From the sequence record NC_003444: DNA of 37,074 bases, one strand, 5' to 3'. This stretch comes from Enterobacteria phage SfV. This document shows, piece after piece, positions 1 to 9,781 of this stretch. The notes beneath the pieces were generated by a model. That model searched no databases. It saw only the letters and a list, made by a program, of their open reading frames with translations, and was not told the DNA's origin. The translations under genes were made by a program, and so were the position numbers. Numbering within the stretch: the first letter of the stretch is position 1; each line of letters opens with the position of its first letter.

Positions 1-67
1 TCCGGACTGCCCGCCCCATCGTTTTTTTATACCCGCGAAAAATGAAATTTAACCAGGAGTGCCGCAT

Positions 68-562
68 ATGGCTGGAACGGCGGGGCGTTCCGGGCGTCGC
101 CCCAAGCCAACGGCGCGCAAGGCGCTGGCCGGAAACCCCGGCAAGCGAGCCCTGAATAAAGATGAACCTGTTTTTACGCCCATCAAAGGTGTTGAGCCAC
201 CGGAGTGGTTCGCTGAAGAAGATCTCCCTCTCGCTACGATCATGTGGCAACTGACAACTAAAGAACTCTGCGGTCAGGGCCTGCTGTGCGTGACTGACCT
301 CGCGGTGCTTGAGCGGTGGTGCGTGGCCTACGAGTTCTGGCGGCGTGCCGTGAAAAATATTGCCAGACAGGGCAACACCATCACCGGTGCAATGGGCGGT
401 ATGGTCAAAAATCCGGAGCTGACCGCCAAAAAAGAACAGGAGTCCGAGATGAGCAGTACGGGGGCAATGCTCGGACTCGACCCCAGCAGCCGCCAGCGTC
501 TGATTGGCCTGGCGGGGAAGAAGAAAGCCACTAACCCGTTTCTGAAAATCATCGAATCATGA
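68..562 (+). CDS. terminase small subunit (P27-family-like)
   Basis: ORF 59..562; ATG at 68 preceded by AGGAG (55-59) at 8-nt spacing; basic N-terminus; directly upstream of and ATGA-overlapping the large terminase gene. Confidence 0.75.
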
Positions 563-2292
563 GCCGGAAATCTTACCCCAACGTAAATGCTGCCAATCAG
601 TATGCCCGTGATGTCGTGCGCGGAAAGATTGTGGCCTGCCAGTTTGTGATTCAGGCCTGCCAGCGCCATCTTGATGACCTGATGGCGGAAAAAAGTAAGT
701 CGTTTCGTTACCGCTTCGACAAGGACCTGGCTGAACGGGTCGCGAAATTTATTCAGCTGTTGCCACACACCAAGGGGGAGTGGGCATTCAAGAGGATGCC
801 CATCACGCTGGAACCGTGGCAGCTCTTTGTGATCTGCTGTGCGTTTGGCTGGGTCAATAAAGGCTCCCGGCTGCGCCGCTTCAGGGAGGTGTATACCGAA
901 ATCCCCCGTAAGAACGGCAAATCGGCAATCTCTGCCGGTGTTGCCCTGTATTGTTTTGCCTGTGATAACGAGTTCGGCGCGGAAGTGTATTCCGGTGCCA
1001 CGACAGAGAAACAGGCGTGGGAAGTCTTTCGCCCGGCGCGACTGATGTGTAAACGCACACCCATGCTGACGGAAGCGTTCGGGATTGAGGTTAACGCCTC
1101 AAACATGAACCGTCCGGAGGATGGCGCGCGGTTTGAACCGCTGATCGGCAACCCCGGTGATGGTTCATCACCCCACTGTGCCGTGGTTGATGAATATCAC
1201 GAGCATGCCACCGATGCGCTTTATACCACAATGCTTACCGGGATGGGGGCGCGACGTCAGCCACTGATGTGGGCCATCACCACCGCCGGGTACAACATTG
1301 AGGGGCCGTGCTACGACAAGCGGCGGGAAGTCATCGAGATGCTCAACGGCTCGGTGCCTAACGATGAACTGTTCGGGATCATCTATACCGTTGATGAAGG
1401 TGACGACTGGACCGACCCGCAGGTGCTGGAAAAAGCCAATCCAAATATTGGCGTGTCGGTTTATCGCGAATTTTTGTTAAGTCAGCAGCAGCGTGCGAAA
1501 AATAACGCCCGTCTGGCAAACGTCTTTAAAACAAAACACCTCAATATCTGGGTGTCGGCGCGTTCGGCGTATTTCAACCTGGTGAGCTGGCAGAGCTGCG
1601 AGGATAAATCACTGACCCTTGAGCAGTTCGAGGGGCAGCCGTGCATTCTGGCCTTTGACCTGGCGCGTAAGCTGGATATGAACAGCATGGCGCGACTTTA
1701 TACCCGCGAGATTGACGGTAAAACGCATTACTACAGTGTGGCCCCGCGCTTCTGGGTACCGTATGACACGGTGTACAGCGTCGAGAAAAATGAAGATAGA
1801 CGGACAGCCGAACGCTTTCAGAAATGGGTGGAAATGGGCGTCCTGACCGTTACCGATGGTGCTGAGGTGGATTATCGCTACATCCTCGAGGAGGCCAAAG
1901 CGGCGAACAAAATCAGCCCGGTCAGTGAGTCACCCATCGACCCCTTCGGGGCGACCGGGCTGTCACATGACCTTGCTGATGAAGATCTGAATCCCGTCAC
2001 TATCGTCCAGAACTTCGCCAATATGTCCGATCCGATGAAAGAGCTGGAAGCAGCGATTGAATCGGGACGCTTTCATCATGACGGCAATCCCATCATGACC
2101 TGGTGTATCGGCAATGTGGTCGGCAAAAACATGCCAGGTAACGATGATTTAGTGAAGCCCGTCAAGGAGCAGGCGGAAAACAAAATCGATGGTGCGGTTG
2201 CACTGATTATGACGATCGGTCGGGCAATGCTCAAAGAACCTGACGATTTCCTCTCATCTCTTGATCCGGACGATGATCTCTTAATTCTATGA
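559..2292 (+). CDS. terminase large subunit (HK97-type)
   Basis: 577-aa ORF; position between small terminase and portal; ATPase and nuclease regions typical of large terminases. Confidence 0.9.
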
Positions 2293-2450
2293 AATCACTA
2301 ATTGCTGATGTTATCGGGCTGGCTGGTTTTGGCCTGCTTACGTGCGGGGTTTACCTGCAGTTTGGTATGGCTCCGGCTCTGATTTTGTCCGGTGCTTTAC
2401 TGCTGGTGGGCGCACTGGCTATGGCCAGAAGGGGGACGCGTGCTGCTTGA
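2289..2450 (+). CDS. small hydrophobic protein (putative membrane peptide) between terminase and portal
   Basis: ATG at 2289 overlaps terL stop (ATGA); 53 codons, almost entirely hydrophobic ([53 protein letters not shown]); below the 60-aa cut-off of the ORF track. Confidence 0.35.
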
Positions 2451-3666
2451 TGCTCTGTTCAGAAGTAAATCACTGGAGAATCCTTCCACCCCGATAACCG
2501 GTGATGCCGTTGATACTGATGGGCTGTTCCGGGCAGACGTTTATGTCAGTCCTGAGACTGCGATGAAACTGGCTGCGGTGTATTCCTGTATCTATGTCCT
2601 GTCTTCCAGCCTTGCCCAGATGCCGTTGCATGTTATGCGCAGGCACAAGGGGAAGGTTGAACCCGCACGCGATCATCCGGCGTTTTATCTGGTTCATGAT
2701 GAGCCCAATACCTGGCAAACCAGCTACAAATGGCGCGAACTGAAACAACGTCACATCCTTGGCTGGGGGAATGGGTATACCTGGGTGAAACGTAATCGTC
2801 GCGGTGAAGTCATATCCCTGGATTGCTGTATGCCGTGGGAAACGACGCTGATGAATACTGGTGGCCGATATACCTACGGTTTGTACAACGAATATGGGGC
2901 GTTTGCGATCAGTCCGGACGATATGATCCACATCCGTGCGCTGGGTAATAATCAGAAGATGGGGCTGAGTCCGATTATGCAACATGCCGAAACAATAGGC
3001 ATGGGGATGAGCGGTCAGAAGTACACAGAAAGCTTCTTCAGCGGTAATGCCCGTCCGGCGGGGATAGTATCCGTTAAAAGCGGACTCAATAAGGAAAGCT
3101 GGGGCTGGCTTAAAGATCAGTGGCAGAAGGCATCGCAGGCGTTACGCCGCCAGGAAAACAAAACCATGCTGCTGCCAGCCGATCTGGATTACAAGGCACT
3201 GACTGTGTCGCCAGTTGACGCTCAGATCATTGACATGATGAAGCTGAACCGTTCAATGATCGCCGGTATTTTCAATATTCCTGCGCACATGATTAATGAC
3301 CTCGAAAAAGCCACCTTCTCCAATATTTCTGCGCAGGCGATTCAGTTTGTCCGCTACACGATGATGCCGTGGGTGACGAACTGGGAGCAGGAGCTTAACC
3401 GTCGCTTGTTTACCCGCGCTGAGTTAGCCGCCGGGTATTACGTCAGGTTCAATCTGACGGGGCTTTTACGCGGAACTCCGCAGGAGCGCGCGCAATTCTA
3501 TCACTTCGCTATTACCGATGGATGGATGAGCCGTAATGAGGCCCGCGCATTCGAGGATATGAATCCGGTTGAAGGGCTGGACGAGATGCTGGTAAGCGTG
3601 AATGCTGCTAACCCGGCAGGAGATTTTAAGCCCCCAAAAAACGATGAGGGAAAAACCAATGAATGA
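2440..3666 (+). CDS. portal protein (HK97 family)
   Basis: ORF 2392..3666; start probably GTG 2440 (GGGGGA just upstream) giving [10 protein letters not shown]; length and position typical of a portal. Confidence 0.85.
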   Translation: MLLDALFRSKSLENPSTPITGDAVDTDGLFRADVYVSPETAMKLAAVYSCIYVLSSSLAQMPLHVMRRHKGKVEPARDHPAFYLVHDEPNTWQTSYKWRELKQRHILGWGNGYTWVKRNRRGEVISLDCCMPWETTLMNTGGRYTYGLYNEYGAFAISPDDMIHIRALGNNQKMGLSPIMQHAETIGMGMSGQKYTESFFSGNARPAGIVSVKSGLNKESWGWLKDQWQKASQALRRQENKTMLLPADLDYKALTVSPVDAQIIDMMKLNRSMIAGIFNIPAHMINDLEKATFSNISAQAIQFVRYTMMPWVTNWEQELNRRLFTRAELAAGYYVRFNLTGLLRGTPQERAQFYHFAITDGWMSRNEARAFEDMNPVEGLDEMLVSVNAANPAGDFKPPKNDEGKTNE

Positions 3667-4261
3667 CCGTGAAATCCGTTGTTACAGCGGTGAGGTGCGT
3701 GCTGAGAGGCATGACGATAACCCGGCGCACATTATCGGTTATGGATCGGTGTTTGACTGTCGTTCTGAGCTGATATTCGGTTCATTCCGCGAAATCATCC
3801 GGCCCGGCGCTTTTGACGATGTGCTTGGTGATGATGTACGCGCACTGTTTAACCACGATCCTAATTTTATTCTTGGGCGTAGTGCAGCAGGCACGCTGAA
3901 TCTCTCAGTTGATGAGCGCGGATTACGCTATGACATCCAGGCTCCGGAGACACAGACCATTCGTGATCTGGTGCTGGCCCCGATGCAACGTGGAGATATT
4001 AACCAGTCATCTTTCGCTTTCCGTGTCGCCCGTGACGGTGAGGAGTGGTATCAGGATGAGGACGGGGTTGTTATTCGCGAGATAACCCGCTTTTCCCGTC
4101 TGCTGGATGTCAGTCCTGTGACATATCCTGCCTATCAGGAGGCTGACTCGGCTGTTCGCTCCATGAAAGCATGGCAGGAGGCGCGCAACAGCGGCGCGCT
4201 ACAGAAAGCCATTAATCAACGTATGGCGCGTGAACGCGTCCTGACCCTTCTTAACGCGTAA
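3659..4261 (+). CDS. prohead maturation protease (HK97 S78-like)
   Basis: ORF 3602..4261; ATG 3659 preceded by GAGGG; placed between portal and major capsid gene. Confidence 0.8.
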   Translation: MNDREIRCYSGEVRAERHDDNPAHIIGYGSVFDCRSELIFGSFREIIRPGAFDDVLGDDVRALFNHDPNFILGRSAAGTLNLSVDERGLRYDIQAPETQTIRDLVLAPMQRGDINQSSFAFRVARDGEEWYQDEDGVVIREITRFSRLLDVSPVTYPAYQEADSAVRSMKAWQEARNSGALQKAINQRMARERVLTLLNA

Positions 4262-4271
4262 AGGAAACATC

Positions 4272-5501
4272 ATGAAACTGCATGAACTGAAACAGAAACG
4301 TAATACTATCGCAACTGACATGCGCGCCCTGAATGAAAAAATTGGTGATAACGCATGGACGGAAGAGCAGCGCACGGAGTGGAACAAAGCAAAATCCGAA
4401 CTGGAAGCGCTTGATGAACGAATTGCACGCGAAGAAGAACTGCGTCGTCAGGATCAGGCGTACATTGAAAGCAATGAGGAAGAGCAGCGTCAGAATCTTG
4501 ATCCGGAAAACAATTCGCAACAGGATGAGAAACGAGCTCAGGTTTTTGATAAGTGGATGCGTCACGGTGCCAGTGAGCTGACATCAGAAGAGCGAAAGGC
4601 GTTGCGTGAACTTCGTGCCCAGGGTGTAGCTCAGGATGAAAAGGGCGGATATACCGTACCAGAAACATTCCTGGCGAAAGTTGTTGAGAAGATGAAATCC
4701 TACGGTGGCATCGCCAGTGTGGCGCAGATTCTGACCACTTCTGACGGTCGCACCATGGAGTGGGCAACAGCTGATGGTACTTCCGAAGTTGGTGTTCTGC
4801 TGGGCGAAAATGAAGAAGCCGGTGAAGAAGACACCGATTTCGGTATGGGAAGTCTTGGGGCGCTCAAAATGACATCGAAAATCATTCGTGTGTCTAATGA
4901 GTTGCTGCAGGACAGCGCGATCGATATGGAAGCTTATCTTGCCCGTCGCATTGCTGAACGTATTGGTCGTGGTGAAGCCCGTTATCTGATTCAGGGGACG
5001 GGTGCTGGTACGCCTAAACAACCCAAAGGGCTGGCAGCATCAGTGACCGGCACAACACAGACTGCCGCGGCAAATGCGGTGAAGTGGCAGGAAATTCTGG
5101 CTCTGAAACACAGCATTGATCCTGCATATCGTCGCGGACCGAAATTCCGCCTGGCGTTTAACGATAATACGCTGAAACTGATCAGTGAGATGGAAGACGG
5201 TCAGGGACGCCCTTTATGGTTGCCGGATATTGTTGGTGTGGCACCTGCTTCAGTGTTGAATGTACCGTATGTCATTGATCAGGAAATTGATGATATCGGG
5301 GCGGGTAAAAAATTCATGTTCTGTGGTGACTTTGATCGCTTCATTATCCGTCGTGTGCGATACATGATTCTTAAACGTCTGGTTGAGCGTTACGCGGAAT
5401 ATGATCAGACCGGTTTTCTGGCCTTCCATCGTTTTGACTGTATCCTGGAAGACACCTCTGCCATTAAAGCGCTGGTGGGGAAAGGTAGCGTTGGTGGTTG
5501 A
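4272..5501 (+). CDS. major capsid protein (HK97 fold) with N-terminal coiled-coil scaffolding (delta) domain
   Basis: 409 aa; charged coiled-coil N-terminus (ELKQKRNTIATDMRALNEKI...) followed by capsid domain; follows the protease. Confidence 0.9.
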   Translation: MKLHELKQKRNTIATDMRALNEKIGDNAWTEEQRTEWNKAKSELEALDERIAREEELRRQDQAYIESNEEEQRQNLDPENNSQQDEKRAQVFDKWMRHGASELTSEERKALRELRAQGVAQDEKGGYTVPETFLAKVVEKMKSYGGIASVAQILTTSDGRTMEWATADGTSEVGVLLGENEEAGEEDTDFGMGSLGALKMTSKIIRVSNELLQDSAIDMEAYLARRIAERIGRGEARYLIQGTGAGTPKQPKGLAASVTGTTQTAAANAVKWQEILALKHSIDPAYRRGPKFRLAFNDNTLKLISEMEDGQGRPLWLPDIVGVAPASVLNVPYVIDQEIDDIGAGKKFMFCGDFDRFIIRRVRYMILKRLVERYAEYDQTGFLAFHRFDCILEDTSAIKALVGKGSVGG

Positions 5502-5526
5502 TTAGTCTTTTTACGTAATACAGCAC

Positions 5527-5569
5527 GCCGCGTAATGCGGTTTTTTTGTGCCCGCGTTCTGGCGGGCAC
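5527..5569 (+). terminator. post-capsid terminator-like hairpin plus U7 tract, followed by an 8-bp perfect hairpin
   Basis: Short GC stem 5528-5540 followed by T7 (5541-5547); then perfect stem gtgcccgc/gcgggcac (5548-5555 / 5562-5569) immediately before the SD of the next gene. Confidence 0.4.
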
Positions 5570-5579
5570 AGGAGGTTTT

Positions 5580-5903
5580 ATGCTGTTAAAAATGGAAGAG
5601 ATTAAGCTTCAGCTCCGTCTGGATGATGATTTCTCTGATGAAGATGAGTTGCTTGAACTGCTTGGTAAGGCCGCTCAGAGTCGAACGGAAAACTTCCTTA
5701 ACCGTAAGTTGTATGCAACCGCAGATGACAGGCCTGCGGATGATCCTGATGGGCTTGTGATATCTGATGATGTGAAGCTGGCACTTCTGCTACTTGTCAG
5801 CCATTTCTACGAAAACCGCTCAACGGTTACAGACGTTGAGAAAATGGAGTTGCCAATGAGTTTTAACTGGTTGGTTGCTCCTTATCGCCTTATACCACTA
5901 TGA
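5580..5903 (+). CDS. head-tail connector protein (gp6-like)
   Basis: ORF 5535..5903; ATG 5580 preceded by AGGAGG (5571-5576); size and position. Confidence 0.7.
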   Translation: MLLKMEEIKLQLRLDDDFSDEDELLELLGKAAQSRTENFLNRKLYATADDRPADDPDGLVISDDVKLALLLLVSHFYENRSTVTDVEKMELPMSFNWLVAPYRLIPL

Positions 5904-6310
5904 AAATTCGTCAGGCACAGACCAGCGCAACCTACATTCTGCCGGACCCCGGCGAACTGAATAAACGCGTCCTGATCCGCCTGCGGGTGGATATGCCCGC
6001 GGATAACTTTGGCGTGGAGCCTCAATACCCGGTTACGTTCCGGACATGGGCGAAGGTTATCCAGACCAGTGCCACCACCTGGCAGGAAACCGCGCAGACC
6101 GGGGACGCCATCACCCATTACATCACCATTCGTTACCGCCGGGGGATCACCACTGATTATGAGGTGGTCTGCGGTGACAGTGTGTACCGGGTGAAACGTC
6201 AGCGCGATCTGAACGGGGCGCGGCGTTTTCTGCTGCTGGAGTGTACGGAGCTGGGCGAATGTAGGCAGAGTCACGGAGGCAACAATGACGACTTCCTTTT
6301 TGCACGTTGA
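5900..6310 (+). CDS. head closure / head-tail joining protein
   Basis: 136-aa ORF, ATGA overlap with upstream gene; position in head-tail junction module. Confidence 0.6.
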   Translation: MKIRQAQTSATYILPDPGELNKRVLIRLRVDMPADNFGVEPQYPVTFRTWAKVIQTSATTWQETAQTGDAITHYITIRYRRGITTDYEVVCGDSVYRVKRQRDLNGARRFLLLECTELGECRQSHGGNNDDFLFAR

Positions 6311-6791
6311 TTTTCAGCAGCCCGCGGAGATGCGCTTTAACCGCGCCCGTGTCCGGCGGGCGTTTGTCACGATTGGTCAGCGTCATATGCGTGATGCCCG
6401 TCGGCTGGTGATGCGCCATGCGCGGTCGGCACCGGGTGAAAACCCCGGTTATCAGACCGGACGCCTGGCTCGTTCGATTGGTTACATGGTACCCAGAGCC
6501 AGTAAACATCGCCCCGGTTTTATGGCACGTATAGCCCCTAACCAGCGTAATGGTGAGGGAAACCGCCGCATCACCGGTGATTTTTATCCGGCTTTTTTGT
6601 TCTATGGCGTCCGGGGAGGAGCAAAACGTCGTCGTAGTCATCATCGTGGTGCATCCGGTGGCAGCGGCTGGCGGCTGGCTCCACGTAATAACTTTATGGT
6701 GGAAACGCTTGAAAAGAACCGCAGCTGGACACGCTATTTTCTGGCGCGGGAATTACGTAAATCACTGAAGCCGGAGCGACGACGCAGATGA
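6285..6791 (+). CDS. tail-component / neck protein (HK97 gp10-like)
   Basis: 168-aa ORF with GGAGG 6 nt upstream of ATG 6285; Arg-rich C-terminus; position. Confidence 0.55.
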   Translation: MTTSFLHVDFQQPAEMRFNRARVRRAFVTIGQRHMRDARRLVMRHARSAPGENPGYQTGRLARSIGYMVPRASKHRPGFMARIAPNQRNGEGNRRITGDFYPAFLFYGVRGGAKRRRSHHRGASGGSGWRLAPRNNFMVETLEKNRSWTRYFLARELRKSLKPERRRR

Positions 6792-7348
6792 AACTGACGC
6801 CTGTTATTGCTGCGCTGCGTGCCCGCTGCCCGTATTTTGAAAACCGGGTGGCAGGCGCGGCACAGTTCAAAAATCTGCCGGAGGTCGGAAAGCTGAGACT
6901 CCCGGCGGCGTATGTGGTACCGGGTGATGACTCTCCGGGAGAAAACAAAAGCCAGACCGACTACTGGCAGGAGCTGAAAGAGGGCTTCTCCGTGGTTGTC
7001 ATACTGAGTAACGGGCGTGATGAGCGCGGTCAGTTTGCTTCGTATGATGTGGTGGACGATGTCCGGCAGATGCTCTTTAAGGCCCTGCTGGGCTGGAACC
7101 CGGAAGCGTGCGGTAACCCGATTACCTATGACGGCGGCACGCTGCTGGATCTGAATCGTCATGAGCTGATTTATCAGTTCGATTTTTCGGTCATCAGCGA
7201 GCTGACCGAAGACGATACCCGCCAGCAGGATGAGCTGAACAGTCTGGATGAACTGCGAACGCTGGCGATTGATGTTGATTATCTCGATCCCGGTAACGGG
7301 CCTGACGGCGATATCGAACATCACACCGAAATAACCCTTCCTTCCTGA
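6788..7348 (+). CDS. tail completion / tail terminator protein (Mu-like)
   Basis: 186-aa ORF, ATGA-coupled, immediately upstream of the sheath module. Confidence 0.55.
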   Translation: MKLTPVIAALRARCPYFENRVAGAAQFKNLPEVGKLRLPAAYVVPGDDSPGENKSQTDYWQELKEGFSVVVILSNGRDERGQFASYDVVDDVRQMLFKALLGWNPEACGNPITYDGGTLLDLNRHELIYQFDFSVISELTEDDTRQQDELNSLDELRTLAIDVDYLDPGNGPDGDIEHHTEITLPS

Positions 7349-7356
7349 GAATCTTC

Positions 7357-7527
7357 ATGTTTGTGAAACCTGTTAAAGGGCGGTCAGTGCCTGACCCTGC
7401 CCGCGGTGACCTTTTGCCCGCCGAAGGGCGAAATGTTGACGAGAACAACTACTGGCTGCGCCGTGAAGCAGCGGGTGATATCCGGCGCGTTAATAAAAAG
7501 GTGAACACCGATGACGATAAGCTTTAA
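7357..7527 (+). CDS. small conserved protein preceding tail sheath (DUF2635-like)
   Basis: 56-codon ORF MFVKPVKGRSVPDPARGDLLPAEGRNVDENNYWLRREAAGDIRRVNKKVNTDDDKL; overlaps sheath start by 17 nt; not in the ORF track (<60 aa). Confidence 0.5.
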   Translation: MFVKPVKGRSVPDPARGDLLPAEGRNVDENNYWLRREAAGDIRRVNKKVNTDDDKL

Positions 7528-9007
7528 CACCATTCCGTCGAATACGCTGGTTCCGCTGTTTTATGCGGAAATGGATAACCAGGCGGCGAATACTGCACAG
7601 GACAGCGGGGCATCGTTGCTGATTGGTCACGCCAATAACGGTGCAGAGATTGTTGCCAACAGTCTGGTGTTGATGCCGTCGGCAGACTATGCACGCCAGA
7701 TTTGTGGTGCGGGAAGTCAGCTGGCGCGTATGGTCGAGGCTTATCGCCAGACCGACCCGTTTGGTGAGCTGTATGTGATTGCCGTTCCGGAAGCCACAGG
7801 CGCGGCGGCAACGGTTACGCTGACGGTGACCGGGGAAGCAACCGAAAGCGGCACGGTGAATGTCTATGTGGGACGTACCCGCGTGCAGGCTCCGGTGACC
7901 AACGGCGATAACGTCACGACGATTGCCAGCAGTATCCAGGATGCCATCAATGCCGTTCCGACTCTGCCGTTTACAGCTTCATCTTCGGCTGGTGTTGTCA
8001 CGCTGACCGCGCGTCATAAGGGGCTTTGCGGGAATGAAATTCCTGTCAGCCTCAATTACTACGGCTTCGGTGGGGGCGAAGTGCTGCCAGCGGGCGTACA
8101 GATTGCCGTGGCGACGGGGACCGCCGGAACGGGCGCTCCGGTTCTCACCGGCGCGGTGGCTGCAATGGCGGATGAGCCGTTTGATTATATCGGTCTGCCG
8201 TTCAACGACACGGCCTCCGTTAACACGCTGGTGACCGAGATGAACGATACCAGCGGTCGCTGGAGCTATGCGCGTCAGCTGTATGGTCATGTGTATACGG
8301 CAAAGACCGGCACACTGTCAGAACTGGTGAACGCAGGTGACCAGTTTAACCAGCAGCACATCACCCTGGCGGGGTACGAAAAAGAGACCCAGACGCCTGC
8401 CGACGAGCTGGCGGCAAGCCGTACCGCCCGTGCAGCGGTGTTTATCCGCAACGATCCGGCACGTCCCACGCAGACCGGTGAGCTGGTGGGTATGCTGCCT
8501 GCGCCGAAGGGGAAACGGTTCACGATGACCGAGCAGCAGACCCTGCTGTCTCATGGCGTGGCAACGGCGTATGTCGAAAGCGGGGTGCTGCGCATTCAGC
8601 GTGATGTCACCACGTACAGGAAAAATGCTTACGGGGTTGCGGATAACAGCTACCTCGACAGCGAGACGCTGCATACCAGTGCGTATGTACTGCGCAAACT
8701 GAAATCCGTCATTACCAGTAAGTACGGGCGTCACAAGCTTGCCAGCGACGGTACCCGCTTTGGTCCCGGTCAGGCGATTGTCACCCCGGCGGTAATCAAA
8801 GGGGAACTGCTGGCAACCTACCGTCAGCTTGAGCGTGCGGGGATCGTGGAAAACTACGAACTGTTTAAGCAGTACCTGGTTGTGGAGCGTGATGCCAGCG
8901 TTCCGAACCGCCTGAACACGCTGTTCCCGCCTGACTATGTTAACCAGTTGCGTGTTTTTGCCGTGGTTAACCAGTTCCGTCTTCAGTATTCAGAGGAGTC
9001 TGCATAA
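7511..9007 (+). CDS. contractile tail sheath protein (Mu gpL-like)
   Basis: 498 aa; N-terminus MTISFNTIPSNTLVPLFYAEMDN typical of Mu-type sheath proteins; followed by tube gene. Confidence 0.85.
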   Translation: MTISFNTIPSNTLVPLFYAEMDNQAANTAQDSGASLLIGHANNGAEIVANSLVLMPSADYARQICGAGSQLARMVEAYRQTDPFGELYVIAVPEATGAAATVTLTVTGEATESGTVNVYVGRTRVQAPVTNGDNVTTIASSIQDAINAVPTLPFTASSSAGVVTLTARHKGLCGNEIPVSLNYYGFGGGEVLPAGVQIAVATGTAGTGAPVLTGAVAAMADEPFDYIGLPFNDTASVNTLVTEMNDTSGRWSYARQLYGHVYTAKTGTLSELVNAGDQFNQQHITLAGYEKETQTPADELAASRTARAAVFIRNDPARPTQTGELVGMLPAPKGKRFTMTEQQTLLSHGVATAYVESGVLRIQRDVTTYRKNAYGVADNSYLDSETLHTSAYVLRKLKSVITSKYGRHKLASDGTRFGPGQAIVTPAVIKGELLATYRQLERAGIVENYELFKQYLVVERDASVPNRLNTLFPPDYVNQLRVFAVVNQFRLQYSEESA

Positions 9008-9363
9008 TGGCCCGTATCGGGGGAACCTGTTATTTCAAAATTGACGGTCAGCAGCTATCGCTGACCGGCGGCATTGAGGTGCCCATGAACAGGACGGTCA
9101 ATGATGACATCATCGGCCTGGACGGTTCAGTGGACCGCAAGGAAACTCACCGTGCGCCTTATGTCAAAGGGACCTTCAAGGTGCCGAAGAATTTTCCGGT
9201 GAGCAAAATCACCTCGTCTGATGAGATGACCATCACTGCCGAGCTGGCGAACGGTCAGGTCTATGTATTGTCGTCAGCCTGGCTGCACGGCGAAGCGAAC
9301 CATAATGCCGAAGAAGGTACGGTTGATCTTGAGTTCCACGGTGAAGAAGGGGATTACCAGTAA
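9007..9363 (+). CDS. tail tube protein (Mu gpM-like)
   Basis: 118 aa, start overlaps sheath stop (TAATG); position. Confidence 0.8.
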   Translation: MARIGGTCYFKIDGQQLSLTGGIEVPMNRTVNDDIIGLDGSVDRKETHRAPYVKGTFKVPKNFPVSKITSSDEMTITAELANGQVYVLSSAWLHGEANHNAEEGTVDLEFHGEEGDYQ

Positions 9364-9632
9364 TGAAAGAGCTTGAGTTAAAGAAACCGATTACTGCTCA
9401 TGGCGAGACACTCTCCGTACTGGAGTTTGATGAACCCAGCGGGAAGGATGTCCGCGAGCTGGGGTATCCCTACCAGATGAATCAGGATGAGTCAGTCAGA
9501 CTTCTGGCGCATGTGGTGTCGAAATACATTGTGCGGCTGGCGAAAGTGCCGCAAAGCTCTGTCGACCAGATGTCTCCGGCAGACCTGAATGCAGCGGCGT
9601 GGCTTGTGGCTGGTTTTTTCCTCCAGGCCTGA
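9363..9632 (+). CDS. tail assembly chaperone (short form)
   Basis: 89-aa ORF between tube and tape-measure genes; contains slippery site near its 3' end. Confidence 0.7.
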   Translation: MKELELKKPITAHGETLSVLEFDEPSGKDVRELGYPYQMNQDESVRLLAHVVSKYIVRLAKVPQSSVDQMSPADLNAAAWLVAGFFLQA

Positions 9633-9781
9633 CGGCTGAATACCTCACTGATCGCTTCTTTGACTGCGCCAGCTACTGGCGCATTAATCCTTTCGAATTG
9701 CTGAATATGCCGATCAGTGAAATTCCCTTACTGGTCAGTCAGGCAAACAGGATAGAGCAGGAGAAACGCACACATGGCTGA
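9363..9781 (+). CDS. tail assembly chaperone, -1 frameshift fusion product (slip at T_TTT_TTC 9614-9620)
   Basis: Heptamer T TTT TTC in the 0 frame at 9614-9620; the -1 frame continues open through ORF 9599..9781, which ends inside the tape-measure start region. Confidence 0.5.

Noticed and set aside
328-1151. Antisense ORFs 328..768 (-) and 753..1151 (-) inside the terminase genes
   Set aside because: They are fully embedded antisense to strongly supported terminase reading frames; treated as chance ORFs in GC-rich coding DNA. The same applies to 10479..11101 (-), 12041..12847 (-), 29830..30411 (-) and similar.
9599-9781. ORF 9599..9781 as an independent gene
   Set aside because: No RBS for its ATG and it sits in the -1 frame directly after a T TTT TTC slippery site; better explained as the frameshift extension of the chaperone.
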